DNA from: Octopus bimaculoides
Taxonomy: Eukaryota
DNA length: 64,000 nucleotides
Reading direction: 5' to 3'
NCBI RefSeq assembly: GCF_001194135.2
Contig: NC_069003.1
Span: 31,608,639-31,672,638, forward strand
Shown here: positions 38,677 through 52,245 of the stretch, in pieces
Numbering within the stretch: the stretch's first letter is position 1
How the letters are laid out: every line of letters starts with the position of its first letter
Notes under the pieces: model-generated
Told to the model about the DNA's origin: nothing
The model's database searches: none
What the model saw: the letters and a program-made list of their open reading frames with translations, nothing else
Position numbers and translations under genes: made by a program

Positions 38677-39799
38677 TGTGTAAGTTGTCTCTGTCCCTCC
38701 ATTATACTTCCAGTGATTCTACTCCTTCTCTCAACTAAGAGGTCTTTTGTCTCACAAGCTACTTGGCAACCCCACTGGTGCTGCTGTCATGTAGGAAGAA
38801 CCTGTGCTGATGCCATGTAAAAAGCAGCCAGTACACTCTGTAAAGTTGATGACATTAGGAAGAACAGCCAGCTGTAGAAACCAGGCCAAAACAGACAGCT
38901 GGAGGCTTGGTTCATCACTACAGCTTGCCAGTTCATGTCAAACTGTCCAGCTCATGCCAGCATGGAAAATGGATGTTAAATGGTGATGATACATATAAAA
39001 CAAGGATGTGGTGGTCAAAGATGGAATAATTTTACTATTGATATACTTCTGTTTAATCAGAACTGACCTGAAGCTAAACAGCCAGAACATCCTCTTAATT
39101 GCTATTGCAGCATGACTCACAATGTTGTGTTGTATTACTCAATAGTTTTTAACTGACACTGTGTGTGTTTGAGTACATGTATGTGTGTGTGTGTGTGTGT
39201 GTATGTCATCGTTAACTCATGCCATTATCTTTGACTGTTAACATCTCAACACAATCTGCTTTCACATTGCTGCCTGTGCGTGTTTGTGAGTGAGTGTGTG
39301 TGTGTGTGTGTGTGTGCATGGTTTTAATGAAATGATGACGAAAGTACAAAATGCCATGTACTCTTTGCCCTCTACCCCCACCCCCTCTATAAACCTTGTA
39401 GAGAAATTAAACTACGAAAAGTATTTTGTATAAGTACTTGTGTGTGTGTGTGTGTGTGTGTAAACATGTCGGTGATAATGCACACACACACACACACATT
39501 AATGGTAAGGAACAGATGAATAGGACTCTGGTGACAGAACATAAGTTTGTACATCTCAAATCAAAAGTTGGCTGAAGATTCCAGCTTCTGTTATGCTTTG
39601 TTTGTATGGTCAAACCATCAACGTTTGTGTCCATTTATTCTATGTTCTATGTAACCTTGTGTTCTCCAGGAATTAACCTTACATCGCCTGTATTATATGT
39701 GTAATAGAGATAGGCAGATATTTGTTGTCTGTGAAGAATTTGTCCCAAACTGTCTTAACTTTTGCTTATTATGTGTCTTTTTCCTCTTTTAATTTCTAG

Positions 39800-39873
39800 A
39801 CTTGACTGAGGATGAACAGCAACTCCTGATGACAATAAGGGGACGGAAGCAGCAGCTTGAACTCGACATCAAG
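39800..39873 (+). CDS. CYTH1: Cytohesin (Arf-GEF) coiled-coil exon, equivalent to vertebrate CYTH exon 2
   Basis: Pyrimidine tract + TTCTAG acceptor, 74-nt exon, AAG|GTTGGT donor, phase 1 in and 0 out. Translates (x)LTEDEQQLLMTIRGRKQQLELDIK, aligning without gaps to recalled CYTH1 DLTAEERQELENIRRRKQELLADIQ. The paralogue number is not resolvable; the symbol denotes the family. Confidence 0.92.
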
Positions 39874-42800
39874 GTTGGTGAAGTACAACATACTCTCTCT
39901 CTCTCCTTTTCACAAGCACACTCTTTCTGTTTCTCACTCACTCCCCTTTGCATTTTATGTCTTTCTCACCATTCTCTTTCAGTCAACCTGATAACTGTTG
40001 TTTGTATGGTGTGTGTATGTGTGTGGAGAGAAGTGAAGGCTATCATTATTGTTAGAGGCAATCCTCTGGTGAGGCTTCATTACACACTCAGTATGAGTGA
40101 TTTCACATTGCTGGTACCTCTAATGCATGAATTTCTCACCCGTGTAAGTTTCCGACTTAATTCCACTTTGTAGCATCTTAGGCAAGTGTCTTCTATGGTG
40201 CTGGGTCAACCAAAGCCTTGTGAGTAGATTTTGAATGGGAGAGAGAGAGAGAGTGTGTGTATGTGTGTTCACATTTGTACTTTCTTCTCTAAAAGTTGTG
40301 GGCTTTGAGTGATAATGTCACTTCTCTCAACAAACTTGCTTTGTGCCTTCAAAGCCATGTGAAATGAAACATACCTTGTTTGAAAAACAGGTGAGGATTA
40401 GTGACTGGATGAGCATTTAGCTGTAAACAGTACCTCAGTAACGTCTGACCCATGGAAAAACATGTCAGCATGAACAAGTATACAGTCTCTCATCATGTGT
40501 GATCTAATAAAGAAGTCTCTTGTGTGATCACTTGACATTCTAAGATAGCAATGAAATCTCCCTTAGATCTCATCCAGACCATATTGGTTAATATATACCA
40601 AGATACATTATGTCTGAGAATAAAAAAGAGAGAGAGAGAGAGAGAGAGGTTGGTGTTGACATGAATGTCAATCTATTTTATGTTTTATGTTCAAACTGAC
40701 CAGATCCAACCTCTCACACCTACCCTACAATGTCGTTTTCAAAATGCACAAACATACCATTGGAATCTTAAAACTATGAGATAAGGCAAGATTAATTCAA
40801 AACAATGTGAATAAATAAGCAATACATTTGACAAAGAAATCTGAATGCTAAAGGGTTATTAAAGGCTTGAACATCTTTAATTATAGTTCTACTTGATCAA
40901 AAGTGATCTGGAGCTTTAAAAAAAAAAACAGCTGTTGCATTAACATCTCATCACATCAAATATGTGACAAGTGAGTCACACTTCATGGTTGAGTTGTTGC
41001 TTCCTGATAAGTAATTTATCCAACTGTAAAAACACTTCAGATTCTTGTTTGGTCTCTTCCTCTTTTATAGCTTCTCTAAGCTTTTAAGTGTTTCAGTGGA
41101 CTGCTTCTTGTTCATAGTATGTTCTAGAAAATCAAGGAGGATGACTCACTTATTATCCCACCGCCCCCCACCAAACCAAGTCAGTCACCATAACATTGTT
41201 TTGTTTTTTTTGCCCTTGAACTTCATAGGCTTTGGAGAAGTGTGGCACCAGATTGAAGCTTGATTTCTGAAAAATTAAAAAAAAATGTCCTTGTTTCATC
41301 CCCTGTCACCAGATTGGAACAAAAAAATATATATCCAAAATCTCCCATATTCTGTGATGCATTGTAGCTGCAGCCATTGTGCAGCAAGCTCACAATAAAG
41401 TTATGTCCATTTTTGCATTACTTTCTGTTTGATCAAGTTTAGCATTGTAGAAGATGAAACAGCAGCTCCACAAGAACCAAAGAGATAGGAGTCATGTACC
41501 AAAACGTCCCAGTTGATTTGGGTGGAAATTGACCTCTGTAATTGTTTGTATTATTAGTAGTTTTTCTAGAAGAATATAAGGTTACTATTAATTAGTACAC
41601 ACACACACAAACACACACATACATACATATATACAACTGGAACCAACTGGAAATAGCCTGGGCAATTACAGTATAAATTAATTGCACATATGATGCCATG
41701 GTATTCTGGACTGTTACTAAACAATGAAATTGACTATAGCCTGGAAAGCTGCCACCAATTTTTCATCCTCATTACACATCAGTAGGTCAGATAACCACAT
41801 ATAGGCTCCTTTGTTAATTTAATGCATCAAGGAAATAGAATTAAATTTTCTGTATATAAGACTATTATATTGTTCCTATGTTACAAAAGCAGTGAGATTC
41901 TGTATGATCAAGAAGCTTGCTTTGCAACCGCATGGTTTCAGGTTCAACCCCACCGTGCAGCACTTTGGGCAAGTGTCTTCTGCTAAAGCCCTTGGTGGAT
42001 TAATACCTTGTGAATGAATTTGAAAGCTATTTTGTGAACGTGTGTGCCTTTGTGTTTGTGCTGCCTGACTGGCACCCGTGCCAGTGGTACGTGAAAAGCA
42101 CCATCTGAATGTGGTCAATGCCAGTGCCCCCCGACTGGCTCCTATGCCAGTGGCATGTAAAAAGCACCCACTACACTCTCAGAGTGGTTGGCGTTAGGAA
42201 GGGCATCCCGTTGTAGAAACCTTGCCAGATCAAATTGGAGCTTGGTGCAGCCTACTGGCTTGCCAATCCTGTCAAACCATCCCACCCATGCCAGCATGGA
42301 AAATGGATGTTAAACGATGATGATGATGTTCAAATGCTGCCTATTACCTTTCATCCTTTAGGTCTCAATAAAATAAGCACTAGTTGAGCACTAGGATCGA
42401 CGTAATTAACTAGGCCCCTGCCCACTCAAAATTTCAGGCCTTGTCCCTATAGTAGGAAAATTTATTATTATTTGCTCTCACTTCAGTAGACACCCTTCCT
42501 TCATTTTGAGTTGGAAAAAAGTCATTGTGGCATAGTATGAATAGTTAATTTGGTTAGTTTGTTTATAGTTCATTAGAAGTTTGTTATTGCTTTATTGTTT
42601 GGATAAATAATTAACTAAGGATAGGAATAAAAAAATGTAGCTTATTTTTCTATCTGTAGTAATTACATTAAACTATAATTAATAATTTAGTTATGTATGT
42701 TATTAAAACATACATAAAAATTATTAAGGTCGTTGGAATGTTGCTGTTGTTTAACCATAGGCCTGTGCTCAAAGGTGTTCAAGCCATGACTATCATGTCT

Positions 42801-43514
42801 TCTATTCATAATGATTCTGGCTATATTGTCTGTGTCCTTCTTCGTTATTTAGCTTCCTTGTTGGTGAGCCCCAATCCAGTAGAACTGTGATCAAAGGTAT
42901 TTCAGCTATGGCTGCCTTTGTCTATTATTCAGACATTGTGCATCTAGGACTACATTATTCAAAGTGTCCTTTTTTATAGGAGGAAGGGTAGTGTTTTTTT
43001 ATGCTTTTCAGGATTTCCGAGACTGATGTTGGGAAGGGAGGAAAGTCTTCAGATCAAAGATCGGGTCTGAATGCATGCGATGTGAACCCTGCTGAAAGAA
43101 CCCAGACACTAGGTGGTACTTTTAAACCTGGCAAGAAAATAAGGTCACTATCATGCAGTGGAGGAGAAGTCACCCTTAGATCACACTCTACCATTTTAAT
43201 ATGAGTAGAACACATTATGGCCCTGAGTAAAAGAAGGCATAGTTGTGGTTGGAACACCTTTTGGCCCTGAGTTTGTTCTGTCTGAGCTGATCTGGGACTA
43301 AACAACATCTTCACAATTGAATGTTAGCAGATTCCACCATGCTCTATTATCAGCTGTTGGATGCTGTTATACACCAGTGGTTCTCAACTACAAGCCATAT
43401 GATCCTTGTGGGGGGGGATAAGATTTTTGTTGTTAAAATTTATCTGTAATGAATTGGTTATACTTCTTCAATGCACAAAATGTTTTAAATTATTTTATGC
43501 AATTCCTAATAATA

Positions 43515-44125
43515 GGTGCAGGCATGACTGTGTGGTAAGAAGCTGGCAGAATCGTTAGCACACTGGGCGAAATGCTTAGCGGTATTTCGTCAGCCGTTAT
43601 GTTCTGAGTTCAAATTCCGCCGAGGTCGACTTTGCCTTTCATCCTTTCGGGGTCGATTAAATAAGTACCCGTTATACACTAGGGTCGATATAATCGACTT
43701 AATCCGTTTGTATGTCCTTGTTTGTCCCCTCTGTGTGTAGCCCCTTGTGGGCAGTAAAGAAATAAGAAGCTCACTTTCCAACTACATGGTTCCAGGTTCA
43801 GTCCCACTGTCTGACACCTTGGGCAAGTGTCTTCTACTCTAACCTCAGGTCGACCAAAGCCTTGTGAGTGAATTTGAAAGAAGCCCATTGTATATGTATA
43901 TATTTATGTGTGTGTGTATCTTTGTGTGTCTGTGTTTGTCTCCCTCGCCATCACTTGGCAACTGATTCTGGTGTGTTTACATCCCTGTAACTTAGCAGTC
44001 TGGCAAAAATGACCGATAGAATAAGTACTACAATAAGTCCTGAGGTTGATTTCTTCAACTTAAAACCCTTTAAGGTGGTGCTCCAGCATGGTCGCAGTCA
44101 AATGACTGGAACAAGTAAAAGAGTG
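43515..44125 (+). mobile_element. Family A SINE interrupted by a family B SINE (~43545-43765)
   Basis: TAAGAAGCT repeated on both sides of the B copy; the A head resumes afterwards. Confidence 0.75.
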
Positions 44126-44605
44126 GATTTTTTTTTTTTATGTATATATATTGAATGGCTTATGGCAGTCCAGGAAAGTGAAATAGGAATTAAACGGATC
44201 CATAAACAAAAATGGTGCGAACCACTGTTATACACTCAGCCACTCTGCACTTCCTTGTGTTGTAGTTTTCAAATGATGCCAACCCAGAGGCTAGCTGGGC
44301 AGGCCTACATTTCCTCTGAATGGGATGCTAATCCATCAAGGAGTTACTCATCTTACAGTTAAGTGGACAACATAAACCTATATAAAATAATAATAAAAAT
44401 AAAAAATAAAAAAAAGAAATGCAAATAAATGAAAAATAAAAATAAAAATAAAAGTTGACCCAGTAAAATTTTGACCCTTTCTGAAATTGTTTCCTCATTT
44501 AGACATTGCATTTCCTCATTAGTTTAAAAATTGTTCAGATGGGTTTTCACTACTAATTAATAGTTTATTAGTCACACAAACGGATAAATTTGCAGCTAGC
44601 CAGAA

Positions 44606-44650
<45 letters not shown>

Positions 44651-45349
44651 GGAGTATATTGCTGGCATATCCAGAGTACTTGTCTTTCTATGTAGACACA
44701 ACTACATGTATAAACTGTTGTTGACAATTAAGTTTCAATTAAAGAAATAGCTATTACATGACCTCTGTTCTCCTGTTTCTGACCTCAAATTACGTACTGA
44801 GCTCCTCTTTAGTAGGCACCAGCGTCGTTACATCGTTCGTTATCAAGGCGAATAGAATTCATTTCACTACTAATAGTAGTAGTCTCTTCAGTTCGAGTAA
44901 AAACACTTGTGCAATTTTTCTGCTGAGCATCCTGCACAGATAATTCGTTTATATAGTGATCGTTCTGCTACATGTCCGACTGATATCGAAGCGATTCCAG
45001 AACAAGATGGAGTGTTTTGCTCAAGAACACAACGCACCACCCAGACCTGATCTGGCAACCATGAGTGCAACACCCTAACCTCTAGGCCACTCTAACCTCT
45101 AGGCCACCCTCACTCAAAAAAAAAAAATTTTTTTTAATTGGTACCTGTTGTAAATATATAGTAGGTAGGTGGTCATGTTTTTGACATCTCTTTCAAATAG
45201 TCGTGGTCCTGTAAATCAAATCCATTCTGTGACCTGTCATTATTTAAGACAGGGGGTTCTCAATCATTTTTCATCTACGAACCCCCTTTAATTACTATTT
45301 TGTTTTATTCTGTAGCCGTTTGATAGTTAAAAACTAGTTTTTTAGATAC

Positions 45350-45543
45350 TGTGGTATGACGTCAGCGACTGGGGAGCTGACCGGAAGAGGAAGAAGGGCA
45401 GAGGGAGCTTTGATCGGGATTTCGTGCCCTTTTTTGAACGGGGCTGTTGTCAAGAGAGGACGTGCGAAACGACGGTCTAGGTTTGGGAGAAGCAGCTGCT
45501 ATTCCTAGTGTTCTTCGGGTCGGGGCAAGCTTCGAGGATCACA
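45350..45543 (+). mobile_element. Probable solo LTR inside a family H MITE
   Basis: 194 bp, TGTGGT...ATCACA ends, CpG-rich against an AT-rich background, TGACGTCA near the start, interrupts MITE sequence. No clear TSD. Confidence 0.45.
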
Positions 45544-45994
45544 CATTAACTTGTATAGGTGGAATTATGTAAAATGTTAGAGACAGAAACCTGGCTGTTT
45601 CTTGCAAAATATACCAACACATACATCTAAAGGACCATTCAAAAAATATTGTGGATCCCCAGTTTACTATTTTGTTGTGCAAACCCCCCAAAATTTTATA
45701 TGGACCCTGGTTGAGCACCACTGATCTAAAGACTACATTAGCTAATGTCTCCTTTTACTGTTGTTATTGTGATTTAATTCTAGATCAGCTCTAATCTATC
45801 ATATTTATGACTAAGAAGTGTACCAAACATAACTGCCTAGTCTTTTAATCAAATCCAATATATCATGGACTGTATAATCTAACAGGTTCTTTACTGTTGT
45901 TTAGCCCTAGGTCAGTTTGACCTAGTAACCACAATCAAAAAGTATTTCAGCTGAGAAAGATGCTGTTTTTTCTTCATGCATGTGTCTCTTAGAT

Positions 45995-46333
45995 CAGGGG
46001 TTTTCAAACTGTGGTCCGCGGACCACAGGGGGNNNNNNNNNNNNNNNNNNNNNNNNNNNNNNNNNNNNNNNNNNNNNNNNNNNGGGGGGGGGGGGTCTGT
46101 GGACAGCAAATACTTTTTATGGGCAATTTGATTTTATATATGTTTTTTAATCGAAATCTTTTTAATTGACAATAAACCTATTTTGTTAAATACTGTTAAA
46201 TAAATAAATGTAAAAATATATGTTTTTTAAGCAAATATTTATGTATAAATTTCATAAGCGTTTATAAGGGGGTCCCTAAGGTAAAGCCTGAAATATAAAG
46301 GGGTCCGCAAGTCAAAAAGTTTGAAAGCCCCTG
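45995..46333. mobile_element. hAT-type MITE with perfect 8-bp TSD
   Basis: CAGGGGTTTTCAAAC...TTTGAAAGCCCCTG terminal repeats; TCTTAGAT at 45987-45994 and 46334-46341. Confidence 0.85.
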
Positions 46334-48981
46334 TCTTAGATTATCTAATGATCTTCCTTTTTTAAAGATTCTAATATGCGATTTGATGGAGATATAGCTG
46401 CTATTTCTAGCATGTCGGATTATCACGTGTGGCCTCCCTTGTTGACTGGTACTGTTATTTTTATAATTTTTCCCTAGAAAGACGCCAAGCCTGCAGAACT
46501 GTTAGCATGCCAGACAAAATGTTTAGTAGTATTTCATCTGGCTTTACGTTCCGAGTTCAAATGCTGTCGAGGTTAACTTAGCCTTTCGTCCTTTCAGAGT
46601 CAATAAAATAAATACCGGTCATGTACTTCTTGATGTAATTGACTTCCATCCTGCCCCCTCAGAATTTCAGGCCTTGTGCTAAAACTTGAAAGAAAGTATT
46701 ATCTATCCCCAGACGTGGGGGGGGGGCTTCATCGCTGACTCTCTTTCATCATCCACTGTCCTGTTGAATATAAACCGATGTGTGGGCGATTGCAGTGAAG
46801 GGGAAACCTTCTCATCATCATCATCTTCTCTTTAAATAATAAGTCGATTGTTATAATAAGAAAATTAAAGCAAAAACAAAACGAAAACAAACATCGGTTG
46901 GTCTGTTGATAGGAAGAATTTATATTGACAGTAACTAATGAAGGGGGGGGGGTTGTATTGTCATTTAATTCTCTCGAGTTCTGTATAGAGTTTGAAGTTG
47001 CCCTGACATGCTGCCAGTTTCTCAGACAGGAATACACTGGACATATTGTGTATTTGTGTGTGTGTGTGTGTCCCGGCTTAGAAGACTGGTGGTCATTGTT
47101 ATTGTACCACTGGTTAGACTTCCCATTTTTCTCTCTCTCTCTCTCTCTCTCTTTATCACAGTCATCATCTTACCATGCAATTGTCCATGCTTGCGAAGGT
47201 TAGACAGAAGTTATTCAGGCTGATCTTCTATGGCCTGGTGCCCTTCCTGTCAACAACCCTTATCTATTTACAAGTAAAGCAATGTGTGTGTGTGTGTGTA
47301 CATGCATACACACACACATACAGTGAAAGAGAGGGGATAGTGTTAGACAGAAGTGGGAGACCTAGATAGAGCCTAAAGTTCACATGTAGCCTTTGCAATC
47401 CTTAATTGCTGCCTTCTGGATGAAGTTTGAATTATTTTTTGCCTAAGAAATACATTTTTGATTAATTACATAGTATTATATTTCATTCATTAAATACATA
47501 ATTATATCATTAAAAAAAGGTCAGTTTTATTTCTTAGTTTAATATATTTATGATGTTTGTATTTTCATAGTAAATGTAATTACACTTTCCCATACATTTA
47601 ATTACAATTTTCTTTATATTACATTTACTTGAATGTTGTGTTTGAATAATTAAGATTTCCTGTATTTATGCAAGGGTATATAATAAACTAGGATAGAGGG
47701 TGTATATAAAGTAGGGTGTTTATATTTGAGGGTTTATAGACTAGGAGGGTATTAAGTAGCTTATAGTAGAGTTCAGTTTATGTTGGTGTGTTCATCTTTT
47801 TCTACCCTTTCTTTTACCTTCTGTTGTGTGTGTGTGTGTGTGTGTACGGAGGGGTAAATATTCAGTTTTCATCCACCTTTAATGTTATCTCAGCTGTTTT
47901 AGGCACCACCACCTTTATTTTCTCTTTTTCACTCTTTCTCTTTCCCTCTTCCCCCTCCTCTCTCTCTCCCCTCACCCTTCTCACCCTTCTCACTGCCTAC
48001 CTGCCTTTTGTCCCTTTTCTCTGTCTCTAATTCTACCTACCTACCTGCCTGCCTGTCTCCCCTGTAGAATAGAAGAGTTCTTCCCAGAGCTTAATATATT
48101 CCTCAAATATATCCACTCCACCCTTCCCTCCTCGCCACCTCCTCCTCCTCCTTTATCTTTTTATTTCGTTTATTTATGACATTTCTAAAATGAGGTCTGA
48201 ACTGGTGGAAATGTTGAATGGAGGGGTGAGACCAACCAGTCATCTGATGGAGATTTGGATGTAGGAGGTTAGCAAATGAGTCATTCCTTTGTGAGTGTAG
48301 CAGCCTCAACTTATTTTTTAAAGCCTGGTAGTTTCAGAGTGTCCTCTTTTCCAAAGTGGAACAAATTAAACTTATCTTCATATAGAAGCATATTGTTCTT
48401 TTCCACTCATTGGACAACAGCAAACAGATCCGGTTGAAGGCATCTCAATCTCTAAAAAATTTGTTACAATATTTTATGTCATGCAAAAATATAATCAATT
48501 TACTGCGCATAAATTTTAACAACAAAATTTTATATGCACCCCAGGGGTCTTATAAATCCCAGTTAAGGACCACTGCTCTAACCCTTTAACATTCATATTA
48601 TTCTGTCAAGTGTAATGCTTATTATGTATTCACGTTGTTTTCATTTAATCATGCATTATCTTGTAGCTTTGAGATTTCAGTGTTGAGATGGTTTATTTTT
48701 TAAAATGACATTGTAGGTTAGACATGAGGGGCCAGATCTGGACGGTTAGAAGATAAAACAAGTAGGATATTTGGGCCAGATATGGCCAGTTGAAATGTCT
48801 TTTTGATATCAACCCACCTGTGACCATACCTTCTATGATAGAAACTTCCTGATTGAAAAGTGATCTAAATTAAAACCTTCCACCAAAATTCCGTGTCAAT
48901 TTATGTTCCAAACGCAACAAGCTGGCAGAATAGTTAGCATGCCAGGCAAAATGCTTAGCAGAATTTTGTTTATCTTTATGT

Positions 48982-49214
48982 AAGGCGGCTAGCTGGCAGA
49001 AACGTTAGCACGCCGGGCGAAATGCTTAGCGGTATTTCGTCTGCCGTTACATTCTGAGTTCAAATCCCGCCGAGGTCGACTTTGCCTTTCATCCTTTCAG
49101 GGTTGATAAATTAAGTACCAGTTACGCACTGGGATCGATGTAATCGACTTAATCCCTTTGTCTGTCCTTGTTTGTCCCCTCTATGTTTAGCCCCTTGTGG
49201 GCAATAAAGAAATA
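48982..49214 (+). mobile_element. Young tRNA-derived SINE (family B) with 22-bp target-site duplication
   Basis: GGCGGCTAGCTGGCAGAAACGTTAGCACGCCGGGCG.. with core GTCGACTTTGCCTTTCATCCTTTC..GATAAATTAAGTACCAG (Deu/Nin-like, inferred). AGAATTTTGTTTATCTTTATGT at 48960-48981 and 49215-49236. Confidence 0.85.
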
Positions 49215-49676
49215 AGAATTTTGTTTATCTTTATGTTTTGAGTTCAAATTCTGCTGAAGTCAACTTTGCCTTTAATCCTTCTGGGGTCAATGTAATCAAC
49301 TTACCCTTCCCTCAAAATTGCAGGCCTTGTGCCAAATTTTAAAATTTATATTCCAAATACCAACTTAACAATGACAGTTATTTTACTAAATTCTTCATTG
49401 TTTTCGAAATTAGTTGTAACAAAAGGCAGTGTTTCAACAGAAATATGGTAACAAAAAGGTTAAAAATGGGAAGGTTTTGCAAGTTGGAATCAGTGGTCTC
49501 AGGTGGATTGCCATCAATAGGATTAAACTGACTTTTTAAACCTGACTCTAATCAGCAATGACTATACCCAGGTTCCAATTGTTCTTGTTTTTCATTGAAA
49601 TCTTCCAGTTGTATCACTTGGTGCTTAACTTTTCCTTGTACCCCCTCCTTCCATCTTTATCACCTTCCACCTGTCC

Positions 49677-49730
49677 ATGAAAGGAACAGGTTACCTGTTA
49701 CTAACGATGATGATAGTGGTGATGCAATTA
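49677..49730 (+). CDS. Candidate alternative first exon splicing to cytohesin exon 55480 (MKGTGYLLLTMMIVVMQL)
   Basis: ATG to TA|GTAAGT, 18 codons, phase 0, in frame with RLKEEIA; unique-looking sequence. No homology support. Confidence 0.3.
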
Positions 49731-51282
49731 GTAAGTAATTTCCTGTTAATGAGGTAACTTCTAATTAGGTCTTCTACACTGCCAGCACTTTACTACTACT
49801 ACTACGACGACGACGACTATTTCAGCGGTATGAATTAGTTTGTTTAAATAACCCCCCCCCCTCCACACACACACACACACACACACTATCTCATACTTTC
49901 CTTTTCTTTCTCCTCTCTTCTGTTTACCTTTCTCTCTCTCTTTCCTCTCTCCGCTAAAACCAATTGACTTCATTGATAACAAGATAAGTCCATTGGTAAT
50001 CCAGGTTAAGTCCATAATAGAATGGTTAATGTTAAATAAATTCTGAGTAGGGCACAAAAACAAACGAGCACCCCCCCTCTCCCCACCAAAAAAAAAGAAA
50101 GAAAAGAAACAAGAATACAGTCAATTTAATATTGCTGTGGAAGAAAGGAAGATTATATTGACAGTCTAAATCTGGTATGGACAATCTTTCTCAAGAAGTG
50201 GGCTACATGAGACATGGCTCATCATCAGGTGGGCCACACCACTAAAAAACTTCAAGGTAATTTTCCGTTGGGTGTCATCATCAGCATTATTTAACGTGTG
50301 TCTTCCATGCTAGCATGGGTTTGATGGTTTGTCAGGAACTGGTAAACCAGAGGACTGCATCAAACTCCACTGTCTGGTTTGGTATGGTTTTTACAGCTGG
50401 ATGCCCTTCCTAACACCAACCACTTTACAAAATGGACTACTAGTTGTGCCATTCAGAAGATCCACAGACTCATGGCTGGTTTAAACAGTTGTCTTTTGCC
50501 AAGAATAGAAGGAAGGAGACTAGATGTTGGGTTAAATACAAAAGGGGGAAATAACTATGATAAGTGTAAAAGTATTCAGTAAAGTGAAATATAACAGAAA
50601 ATTTGGTAAAATAACTAGTGTTAGAAACATATATTGTGTTTAGTGGCAAATTTTAATTCAGAACTTTTGACAAGACATTTGTACTACAGAGCCAGAGCTG
50701 GGTTGGTATCGAAAGGATTAAAGTGTCTTGAACTGACAGTGCGCATGCCTTAACCCTTAAGCATTTAAACCAGCCATATCCAGCCCAGATATGCTACTTG
50801 TCTTATGTTCGAACCAGCTACATTCAGCCAATCAAACAACCCTTCAATGCCATTCTAAAAATATCATCAAAATTTCAAAGCTATGAGATAATGGATGGTT
50901 AGTTAAAAACAATGTGAATGAAAAAACATGACATTTGACTGAGTAATTTACTGAATGCTAAAGGGTTAAAGCAGCACTGGTCTCAGATAGATTATGCCAG
51001 AGACAAAAAACATATTAAGTTGGGATGGTGATGGCTGAAATGTCTTTGACAATAGCTTGGTCTCTGCTGACCTGAGGTTAAACAGCCGCTGTATGTCATG
51101 TCAGAATGTACAATGTGGCTTTGTTCCTCACCAGAAGAAGATTGATATAGCTGATTGATATATTGCATCTGTGTGTTGCCACCCAGCATAGATCTGCTCA
51201 ACCTGCACTGACCTCCACTGGACATACAACTACAACAAAGAAATACACTTTGACATTGAATCTATCAAATAGAACCCCCACC

Positions 51283-51340
51283 TCTCCCTCTCTCTCTCTC
51301 TCTCTCTCCCTCTCCCTCTCTCTCTCTCCCTCTCCCTCTC

Positions 51341-51388
<48 letters not shown>

Positions 51389-51455
51389 CCTATCTATCTA
51401 ACTCTCTATCTATCTCTCCATTTATCTATCTGTCTATCTATCTCTCCCTACCTCC
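51283..51455. repeat. Compound (CT)n/(CTCTCC)n/(CTAT)n microsatellite
   Basis: Directly visible homopyrimidine-rich tract. Confidence 0.95.
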
Positions 51456-52212
51456 TCTGTAGGCATCAACTGCTACTACGTATAATTTACTGAACATTTA
51501 AAACAACCAGACATTCTTAATAAAGCCTCTACAGAAACAAACTGAATCACATTTTCAAAAATGTATGTCTTTTGTTCAATATTTTAAGATTAAGTCTGCA
51601 GCTGCGAATTGTAGTGTGTGTGTGTGTGTAACTATTTAAAAAGTAATTAAAAGTAATTCCTGTGTAGTAAAGTCTACATAGAACTTACAGATGTATATAT
51701 ATATTTGTGTGTGTGTGTGTGTGTGTGTTTGGATATAAACTTTGTTTCTTCCTGTCTTTATAGAATCAATGAATGAAGTAACTGTAATAACATCACATCT
51801 TAGACGGGAACTATTGAAAAAGACATTTAGCTTATTGTTTAGTTTCATTATTGTTCCTTGGTCTTCCATAATCTCCAGTAACGTAGAGAGCGAAATAGTG
51901 ACTATTTAATATAATTAATTAAATTTATAGTTTAGTGAGTTAGAAGCTATATTGTAATCTTGTTATTGAGTGCATCTGTGTATGTCTGTGCATGTTTGTG
52001 TGTACATACTTGTATGTGTGTATATATATATGGGTGTGTGTATGTAAGAGGAACACAATAGACCTAAGAACCATTCTAAGACCTGTGCGTGATTCCAATT
52101 GATGTTAACTTAAAGCATTATTGATTTGTGGCTTAAGAATCTACTAACTGTACAGTTGATGGAAGACATTATAACAGAAGTATGTAGGGGCAGGAGGTGT
52201 GATTGAGCTGTT

Positions 52213-52245
<33 letters not shown>

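Noticed and set aside
47175-47198. MQLSMLAK|GTTAGA in phase with exon 55480
   Set aside because: Lies in a decayed family C-like tail; weak donor.
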